Virus record (IMG/VR): IMGVR_UViG_3300046789_000012
Length of the DNA: 47,532 nt
From: a virus
Direction: 5' to 3' (one strand)
Positions 38,385 through 46,500 of this stretch are shown here, piece after piece (the stretch's first letter is position 1; each line of letters starts with the position of its first letter). Made by a program: the position numbers and the translations under genes. The notes beneath the pieces were generated by a model. The model ran no database searches. It saw nothing but the letters and a program-made list of their open reading frames with translations, and was not told the origin of the DNA.

Positions 38385-39256
38385 TGCCAGACCAGCCGCC
38401 ACCGTGGACAAACGTCAGCCACCTACAGATCAACAAGCTGTGGATCGACTGCAGCGTGCGCGAGCAACACGTGCTCGGCGCGCAGTGCTCGCAGTTTGCC
38501 GTCGAGGAAGGGCCCGACATCAGCGATCACGTTCGCGATACGCCCGACGGCCTGCGCATAGAAGGCATCATCACGAACACGCCGATCGGCACGCGACCGG
38601 CCTACGACGGAGATCCCGGCCTCGTGCAGCGGTCGCTGCCGCTCACCACCGCCGACGGGCAGCCGCTCGAATTTAACCAGTTCGTAGGCTATCAGTCGCA
38701 CCAACTCGAGGGCCCGCCGAACGCTGGGTATTTCAGCCTGGTTCCGATCATCGGCGCGACGACGCTGCCGTTCACGAACTACAACGACCTACCCAAGAAA
38801 AAGCTGAACATGCTCGTCGCCGAGTATGAGTTCAAGCCGCTCGGCGTCGCCGGCTACTCGTGGCAGTACATCGCCGAAACTAACCGCGTGAAGTTCGCGC
38901 ACGACACGCTGCGCGCGACGTTCAAGGCACGGCAGCCGATCACGGTCATTACCGGCCTGCACGTCTACGAGAAAGTGATTCTCACAGAGCTCAACATCCA
39001 ACGCGACGCCAGCAGCGGGCCTAACGCGCTCATGTTCACGGCATCGGGGCAAGTGATCCGCATCGTCAAGTCGACGACAGGGCAGCCTGTCCCGTCGCAG
39101 GATCGCGCGACGCCGGCAGTATCTAAAGGCGCGCAGAACGCTGTGCCGACCAAGCCCGGCGAGGTACCAGAAAGCACGAAACACAAGGGCAGCGTCATCA
39201 CGCAGGCACTCGACGGCGCTGCAAACTGGTTCAACCAAGCGCCGCCGGAGCCTTGA
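38384..39256 (+). CDS. Tail/baseplate protein (hypothetical)
   Basis: 290 aa; 1-nt overlap with the TMP stop. Located between the TMP and baseplate hub genes. Confidence 0.55.
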   Translation: MPDQPPPWTNVSHLQINKLWIDCSVREQHVLGAQCSQFAVEEGPDISDHVRDTPDGLRIEGIITNTPIGTRPAYDGDPGLVQRSLPLTTADGQPLEFNQFVGYQSHQLEGPPNAGYFSLVPIIGATTLPFTNYNDLPKKKLNMLVAEYEFKPLGVAGYSWQYIAETNRVKFAHDTLRATFKARQPITVITGLHVYEKVILTELNIQRDASSGPNALMFTASGQVIRIVKSTTGQPVPSQDRATPAVSKGAQNAVPTKPGEVPESTKHKGSVITQALDGAANWFNQAPPEP

Positions 39257-39257
39257 T

Positions 39258-39584
39258 ATGGCATCAGTGCGAATACCTACGACGCCGACTGTCGACTCGT
39301 CGCTGCGCGTGCAGCTCGACAGCACGAGCTACGGCATGCGCATCGTCTGGTCGCAGCGTGGCGAGTGCTTTCACCTGCACATCGCCGACAGCGTCGGCAA
39401 CCCGCTGATCTCAGGCCTGCGCATGGTCACGCTGTATCCGCTGCTGTACCGCTTCCACTACATCGCCGGCCTGCCCGTCGGCGAGCTCTGGTTCATCGAC
39501 ACGCGCGACGCAGAGGGCAAGCCGACGCTCGCCGAGATGGGTGATCGCTATCGGCTCTATTACCTCACAGACGGGACCTGGTAA
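39258..39584 (+). CDS. Small baseplate-module protein (hypothetical)
   Basis: 108 aa; tight spacing within the baseplate operon. Confidence 0.55.
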   Translation: MASVRIPTTPTVDSSLRVQLDSTSYGMRIVWSQRGECFHLHIADSVGNPLISGLRMVTLYPLLYRFHYIAGLPVGELWFIDTRDAEGKPTLAEMGDRYRLYYLTDGTW

Positions 39585-39587
39585 CCC

Positions 39588-40439
39588 GTGGCACTGCCGC
39601 CGAGCGCCGACATCGAGCTATTCGACCGCCGCTACTCGCTGCAGATCGAGGACATCGCGGTCGCAGGACTCAATGTCACTTTCACGGTCAAGCGATCGCT
39701 ATCCGCGAAGGTTCCAGGGCGCTGTGAGGTCGCGGTATACAACCTATCCAGCGACACGCGTAAACACCTGCACGCGATGCGCAACGTGTTCGTTTCGCTC
39801 GAGGCAGGCTATGCCAGCGGGACGAGCGTTATCTTCCGCGGCGAGCTCGTCGAGTCCTGGAGCACGCGCGAGGGCACAGAATGGGTAACGACGATCACGA
39901 GCGACGACGGAGGGCAGAAGCGCAGGACCAAGCGCGTTCAGAAGAACTATCTGAACGGGACGAGCCTGCAAACCATCATCCGCGACCTCGCCGCAGCGCT
40001 CGAGGTCGGACTCGGCAACACTGACGCGATCGCGCCGCTCGCGAAGTTTTGGAAGACCAAGCAGGCCGCAGTCGTCAAAGGCTTCACAGCGAGCGGCGAT
40101 GCCGTCTCGCAGCTCGACCGAGTCGCTCGCTCGTGCGGCTTGTCGTGGAGCATCCAGGGCGGACAGCTGCAATTTCTCGTCATCGGCTCGGCTACCGTCG
40201 ACCCGCCTGTACTGCTCACACCCGACACCGGACTCATCGAGTCGCCGGAGCTCGGAAAGGATCAGATCGTCAAGTGCCGTACGCTCATGATCCCCGGCCT
40301 CTATCCCGGCCGCACTGTCGAGCTCGCGACTCGCTACACGCAAGGCCTGTACAGGATCGAGACCGCCACGCATCAAGGCGAGTCGGACTCTGTGCACACG
40401 TGGCACGTCGAGCTCGAGCTAACAGGCGTCAAGCGCTAG
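39588..40439 (+). CDS. Baseplate hub-like protein (gpD/XkdQ-like)
   Basis: 283 aa; CEVAVYNLSSDTRKHL ... VSLEAGYASGTSVIFRGELV resembles the hub-family N-domain (recalled). Confidence 0.6.
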   Translation: MALPPSADIELFDRRYSLQIEDIAVAGLNVTFTVKRSLSAKVPGRCEVAVYNLSSDTRKHLHAMRNVFVSLEAGYASGTSVIFRGELVESWSTREGTEWVTTITSDDGGQKRRTKRVQKNYLNGTSLQTIIRDLAAALEVGLGNTDAIAPLAKFWKTKQAAVVKGFTASGDAVSQLDRVARSCGLSWSIQGGQLQFLVIGSATVDPPVLLTPDTGLIESPELGKDQIVKCRTLMIPGLYPGRTVELATRYTQGLYRIETATHQGESDSVHTWHVELELTGVKR

Positions 40440-40474
40440 GTTGACGCCCGAGCGGCCTGCCTGTACGTGCCGAC

Positions 40475-41236
40475 ATGTCCAGCGCTACACCGGACCTCGC
40501 CGACCTCTTGCGGCTGATCACCGAGTCGGCGATCGGCGACCTGCGCGTATGCATGCCTGGGCAGGTCAGCGCCATCTATGCCGACAGTGCGAACCGCGGG
40601 CAGTACGTCGACGTACGACCCTCGCTGCGTGTCGTGCTGCCGACTGACGAGGACTCAGAGACGCCCGAGCCGTTCGTCGAGGAAGAGTTGCCAGTTATCC
40701 CGCGCGTGCCCGTAGCGTTCCCGCAGGGCGGCGGATTCTCGATCAGCTGGCCGCTCGCCGTCGGCGACTTCGTGACGCTCGTGTTCGCCGACAGAAACCT
40801 CGACCTATGGCTCGCCACGGCCGCCAAGGCCTCGCAGGCGACGAGCTCGACCGGCGACCTAGGTACGCATCCCCTCGACGGCGCGATCGCCCTGCCGCTC
40901 GGGCCTGCCCCGCAGGCGAACCTGCTCGTCACGCCCTCGGCGACCGAGCTCGTTATCGGGCACGAGGGCGGCCTCGGCATCCGCATCGGCTCGACCATCA
41001 TCGCCCTAGGCGGTGCCGGCCTCACTGACTGGATCGCCCTCGCGAGCCTCGTCAACGATCGGCTGACCGCGATATCGGGCAACTTCACGACGCTCAAGAA
41101 CGCAGTCACAGCAGCGCTAACGACCATCGACGCCAGCGCTGCGGGCACGACGACCGTTGCCACGTTCACAGGCTCGACGTCAGGCGTCCCGAGCAGCTAT
41201 CCGAGCGTCGCCTCGAGCGTCATCAAGGCCAAGTAG
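40475..41236 (+). CDS. Baseplate central spike protein (gpV / Gp138-N-like)
   Basis: 253 aa; MPGQVSAIY ... VDVRPS ... LPVIPRVPVAFPQGGGFSISWPLAVGDFVTLVFADRNLDLW is the typical spike OB-fold pattern (recalled). Confidence 0.7.
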   Translation: MSSATPDLADLLRLITESAIGDLRVCMPGQVSAIYADSANRGQYVDVRPSLRVVLPTDEDSETPEPFVEEELPVIPRVPVAFPQGGGFSISWPLAVGDFVTLVFADRNLDLWLATAAKASQATSSTGDLGTHPLDGAIALPLGPAPQANLLVTPSATELVIGHEGGLGIRIGSTIIALGGAGLTDWIALASLVNDRLTAISGNFTTLKNAVTAALTTIDASAAGTTTVATFTGSTSGVPSSYPSVASSVIKAK

Positions 41237-41310
41237 GGCCAACCGTTAGACCGCTCGCTCGCTCGAGCACTAGCCAACTCACGCACTAGAGCGCTTGCGC
41301 ACTCGGCGGT

Positions 41311-41763
41311 GTGACTGTATTTGCGGGCGTGACTGACCTCGCGCTCGACCCGCTCGACGGCGACCTCGTGATCGAGGCCGGCGACTTCGCGCTTATCCGA
41401 GGCGCCGACGCCATCGCGCAGGATGCGAACCTACGTGTCGCGCTTTTCCAGGGCGAATGGCCGCTCGATCTGCGAGTCGGCATCGACTACCGGTCGCTAT
41501 TCTTCGACGTGAGGCCGCCCGACACTGTCGTGCGCGCTGTCTATGATCAGGTGTTGCGCGAGACTGCAGGCGTGCAGGCCGTGACACGGCTCGCGATCGA
41601 CTACGACCGCGCAACACGCACGCTCACTGTTCAGGCGACCGTGCAGGCCGCCGACGGCAGCGTCGTGCCGATCTACCGCGACGTACTGCTCGACCCGACG
41701 CTCGACCCGACGCCGGCCTCGAGCTCGGCGACCCGCACGTTCACAACTGCAGGTGGTGCATGA
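41311..41763 (+). CDS. Baseplate wedge protein (gpW/gp25-like)
   Basis: 150 aa; GTG start. Located before the J-like gene with an ATGA overlap at its end. Confidence 0.55.
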   Translation: MTVFAGVTDLALDPLDGDLVIEAGDFALIRGADAIAQDANLRVALFQGEWPLDLRVGIDYRSLFFDVRPPDTVVRAVYDQVLRETAGVQAVTRLAIDYDRATRTLTVQATVQAADGSVVPIYRDVLLDPTLDPTPASSSATRTFTTAGGA

Positions 41764-42947
41764 CTGCCGGGCTTACGCCGATCGGCTTCACCGCGAAGAC
41801 AGTCGCCGAGATCATCGCCGAGCTACAGCAGGCGCAGCGCTCGACCATCGACGGCACGCTTAATACCTCGAGCACAGGCGTCCTAGCGAACCTGAACATG
41901 TCGTTTGCCATGCAGCTAGCGGCTGTCTGGGAGCTACTCGCCGAGATCTACGACGCGCACGACCCGGCGACAGCCGAGGGCGTAGCGCTCGATCACAACG
42001 GCGCGCTGCTCGGCATTCCTCGGCTGCCGGCGAGCAAAGCGATCGTGCAGCTGCGCCTCGAGCTCGCAGCGCTGACCATGGTTCCGACGGGCAGCGTCGT
42101 CAGCGACCCGCTGCGCCCTACTGTCCGCTTCGTGACGACCGCGGACAGCCTGACGAGTGCCATCGGCGGCTATGTGTACGTCGCCGCCGCAGCCGAGACT
42201 GCAGGGCAGCTCATCGCGCCCGCTGAGACGCTGACCAAGATCGAATCGCCAGTCAGCGGCTGGACGAGCGTCACTAACCCCGCTGCAGCAATTCCAGGCA
42301 CAGACGTCGAGACCGACGAGGCCTATCGGCTGCGGCAGCAGCAGCTACGCGCCTCGACGGAAGGCTCGACGCTGCTCGGCATCATCGCCGACGTTCGGCG
42401 GCTGCCCGGCGTCGTCACAGCGGCTGGATACGAGAACGTGACCGACACTGTCGACGCGAACGGCCTGCCGCCGCACAGCTTCGAGATCATCGCGAGCGGC
42501 GGCACTGACAGCGTTATCGCGGCGACCATCTGGGCCAACAAACCCGCTGGCATCGAGACCTATGGATCGACGTCAGTGTCAGTCACAGACAGCGAGGGCG
42601 TCGCGCACACCGTTCGATTCTCGCGACCGACTCTCAAGGTAATCAATGTCAACTACCGCGCGACCGTCACCTCGAACTACGTGCCGCAGGCCATTCGCTC
42701 GGCGCTGCAGATCGCCAGCATCGACCCGGCGTCGCCGATGCACTTCGCGATCGGGCAACCGGTCTACCTCGTGCGCATGCTCAAGGTGGCAGACGACCAA
42801 GCGATCGGCGTAGTCAACGTTTCGCTCGACGCGACCATCGCACCGGCGCTGCCGGCAGACGCTGTGCCGACCGCGCCTGACAACACGCTCACCATGGGAC
42901 CTCGCGACCTGCCGACGCTCATCGGCGCCAACTGGGTAGGACCATGA
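41760..42947 (+). CDS. Baseplate J-like protein
   Basis: 395 aa. N-terminus FTAKTVAEIIAELQQAQRSTIDGTLNTSSTGVLANL ... GVALDHNGALLGIPRLPASKA is typical of Baseplate_J (recalled). Confidence 0.8.
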   Translation: MTAGLTPIGFTAKTVAEIIAELQQAQRSTIDGTLNTSSTGVLANLNMSFAMQLAAVWELLAEIYDAHDPATAEGVALDHNGALLGIPRLPASKAIVQLRLELAALTMVPTGSVVSDPLRPTVRFVTTADSLTSAIGGYVYVAAAAETAGQLIAPAETLTKIESPVSGWTSVTNPAAAIPGTDVETDEAYRLRQQQLRASTEGSTLLGIIADVRRLPGVVTAAGYENVTDTVDANGLPPHSFEIIASGGTDSVIAATIWANKPAGIETYGSTSVSVTDSEGVAHTVRFSRPTLKVINVNYRATVTSNYVPQAIRSALQIASIDPASPMHFAIGQPVYLVRMLKVADDQAIGVVNVSLDATIAPALPADAVPTAPDNTLTMGPRDLPTLIGANWVGP

Positions 42948-43546
42948 CGCTCGCGCAGAACACGCTCGTCGTGCAGCAGGGCCTCGCCCTGCCGATCTAT
43001 GACGTGCGGCGCCCGCGCTTCAACGCGCTCTTGCAGAGCTACCTCGTGCAGATTCAAGAGCTCGAGGACGCCGCTTGGAGCGTCTACATAGGCACTATGC
43101 TGCCCGCGGCTGCGGGCGATGCACTGGACATGCTCGGCGAGCTCGTCGGGCAGCCGAGAGGCGGTCGCACCGACGCTGTGTATAAGCAGTGGATCGCCGC
43201 GCGCGTGCGCCTCGGCGGCTCGAGCGGCCGACCGCCTGACCTGATCGGCATCCTGCGCGCAGTGCTGCCGACCACCGTTACGATCGTGCTGATCGAATAC
43301 TTTCCCGGCGACATCGTGATCGACCTGCTCGGCATCGTCGACGCGCAGACTGCCCTGCAGCTCGCCGAGATCGTGCAGGAAGCAAAGGCCGCAGGCGTAC
43401 GCGTGGGCCTCGTGTCGAGCATCTCAGAGCCCGGCGAGGCCTTCACGCTCGGCGGCGCAGCAGTCACGCCCGATATCGACGTCAATCGAGGTTTCGCCAA
43501 CGTCGCGCAGACGAGCGGCGGCAAGCTCGCAGGGGTTAGCTCATGA
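42944..43546 (+). CDS. Baseplate/tail protein I-like (DUF2612-like)
   Basis: 200 aa; ATGA overlaps on both sides. DALDMLGELVGQPRGGRTDAVYKQWIAARV. Confidence 0.6.
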   Translation: MTLAQNTLVVQQGLALPIYDVRRPRFNALLQSYLVQIQELEDAAWSVYIGTMLPAAAGDALDMLGELVGQPRGGRTDAVYKQWIAARVRLGGSSGRPPDLIGILRAVLPTTVTIVLIEYFPGDIVIDLLGIVDAQTALQLAEIVQEAKAAGVRVGLVSSISEPGEAFTLGGAAVTPDIDVNRGFANVAQTSGGKLAGVSS

Positions 43547-46500
43547 GCATCACACTCACGTTCAACCAGCCAGGCGCTGGCATTCCCGCAGGCTCCGTCG
43601 ACCGCGGCCGCACCGACATCAAGAGCACAGGCGCGATCGGAGACACGCGCGCCTACCCTGTCACGATCACGATCGGCAACATCCCGGCGACCGCGACTGT
43701 CGACGTGCTGCTGCTCGACGAGCCGCCTGAGAGTAATCCGCTGCTGACCGAGCTCGCGCCCGAGACGTGGCAGCTAGACTTCGACACAGGCTGCTGGGGT
43801 CCGTTCCGCGTGCGTGTGACCGCGACGATCAACGACGCCGTTGTCGGCTCGGTTACGCGCCGCATCTCCATTCGCTCGCCCGGCTACCACATCGACTATC
43901 CGGCGCTCGCCGAGAGGTACGATCCCAACGCGACCGCCGTGCCGACTGTGCCGAGCGTCGAGTTGACCGAGATGAATGAGGGCAGCACGAACCGCCCTCT
44001 CGTCGACTTCCACCGGCAGCTACTCGAGGCGATCGAGGGCACGAGCGGCGGCGGCGGCGGCGTGATTCCCGACGGCAGCATCACAGAGGACAAGCTCGCG
44101 CCCGAGCTATCCGACAACCTGCTACGCGCTGACGGCACGATCCCGTTTACGCAGGACCAAGACGCCGCAGGGCACACCGTCGGCAACCTCGGCACGCCGA
44201 CGCTCGCCGGCGACGCCGTGCCGCTCTGGTACGTGCAGACGTCCTTCGCGCTGTCAGGCATACACATGCCGTGCAGGCTCGTCGCGACGACGCCAGTCAC
44301 GGCCTCGAACACGCAGGTCATCGACGGAAAATCGACTGTCAACGGGCAGCGCATCCTCCTTACCGCACAGGCCTCGCCGATAGATAACGGCCTGTACGTG
44401 GCAAACGACGCCGGCGCATGGCTGCGCGCGCCCGACGCAGACACTAGCGCCGAGCTGATGCCTGGCCTGATCATATTTGCGACCGACGGCACAGCCTACG
44501 CCGAGACCGGCTGGATACTGGCGAGCGACGCACCGATCGCGATCGGTACGTCGCCGCTCACCTTCGCGCGCTTCACCGGCGCAGCGCAGGTCGTCGCAGG
44601 CGCTGGCCTCACGAAGAACGGCGACACACTCGACGTCGTCGCGCACGCCGACGGCTCGATCGTTGTCGCCGCCGACAGCGTGCAGGTCGGCGTGCTTGCG
44701 TCCGACGCACAGCACGGCGCTCGAGCAGGCGGCACGCAGCATGCAGCCGCGACGACGGCTGTCGCCGGGTTCCAATCGGCGGCCGACAAGCTCAAGCTCG
44801 ACGGCGTCGCCACTGGCGCAGCCGCACTCGCGAGCTCGGCGCCTGCGAGCGTCGGCACGGCGAACGCTGTCGGCGCAGGCACGACTGCGGCTCGCTCCGA
44901 TCACGTGCACGCGCACGGCGCACAGGCCGACGGCACGCTGCACGCTGCTGCGACGACGACTGTCGCCGGGTTCCAATCGGCGGCCGACAAGCTCAAGCTC
45001 GACGGCGTCGCCACTGGCGCAGCCGCACTCACGAGCTCGGCGCCTGCCGCCGTCGCGTTTACCGGCGCTGTCGGCGTCGGCACAACAGCGGCACGAAGCG
45101 ATCACGTGCACGCGCACGGCGCACAGACCGACGGCACGCTGCACGCCGCTGCGACGACGACTGTCGCCGGGTTCCAATCGGCGGCCGACAAGCTCAAGCT
45201 CGACGGCGTCGCGACCAGTGCGGCCGCACTCTCCGCCAACGCGCCGACACAAATCACTGTCACGACCGCCGCTGTCGGCGTCGAGACGGCCGCAGCCAAA
45301 GGAGACCATACGCACAGCGTGTCTATCGGCGCGCCGTCAGCGCTCGCCGTCGGCGGCGCGCAGAACACAGGCTCGGCGACCTCGCTGCCGCGCAGCGACC
45401 ATCAGCACGCGATGCCAGACGTCGCGACGACGAGCGTCGCCGGATTCTTATCCGCATCGGACAAGACGCGGCTCGACGGCATGGCCACAGGCGCAGCCGC
45501 ACTCACGAGCACCGCGCCCGTTGCTGTCGACAATGCGGCCGCAGTCTTAGGCGTCGGCACAACGGCTGCGAGGCATGACCACAAGCACACGGTCAGCATC
45601 GGCACGCCCGTCGCGCTCGCTGTCGGCGGCGCGAGCGGGCAAGGCTCGGCAACGACGCTCACGCGCAGCGATCACACGCACGGCCTGCCCTCGCTCGTGA
45701 CGACGAGCGTCGACGGCTTCATGGCGGCCGCGGACAAGCTCAAGCTCGACGGCGTCGAGGCAGGTGCGCAGGTCACATCGTTTGCACGCGTGCAGACTGC
45801 GCTAGCGGCCGCGACCGGCTCGGTCAGCTTCAACGCGCAGCGAATAACCAGCGTCGCAGACCCGTCGGCGACGCAGGACGTCGTCACGCGCGGCTACCTC
45901 GAGACACTCGCCGGAACCTTCGACGCCAAGCCCTCGTGCAGGCTCGTCACGACGACTAACATCACGCTGTCAGGCCTAACCGCGATCGACGGCATCACGC
46001 CGAGCGGCTCTGACAGAATCCTCGTTACCGGGCAGACGACAGCGAGCGCGAACGGACTGTATACGGCAGCCGTCGGCGCCTGGGCCCGCGCGACCGACGC
46101 CGACACCTCGGCGAAAGTTTCCGCCGGCCTCACTGTGCGCGTCAATGAGGGCACGCTAGGCGCAGACACGCTCTGGATTCTCACGACCAACGACCCGATC
46201 ACGCTGGGTACGACGGGCCTCGTGTTCGCGCAGGCGCCGAGCACGGCAGACAAGACCAAGATCGACGGCATCGAGGCAGGCGCGCAGGTCGTCACGTTCG
46301 CGCGCGTGCAGACTGCGCTCGGCGTCGCGAGCTCGGCGGTCAGCTTCAACTCGCAGAAAATCACGAACGTACTCGATCCGACCTCTAATCAAGAGGTCGC
46401 GACGAAGGCCTACGTCGACGCGATCGCGCAAGGTTTGGACGTCAAGACATCCGTGCGCCTCGTCGCGACGACCAACGTCGCGACGCTGTCAGGCTCGCAG

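Noticed and set aside
44254-45550. 353-aa minus-strand ORF (44254..45315) and 357-aa + ORF (44477..45550) inside the fibre repeats
   Set aside because: These are periodic low-complexity translations created by the 201-bp tandem repeats in non-coding frames. The frame-1 product has the conserved fibre motifs.
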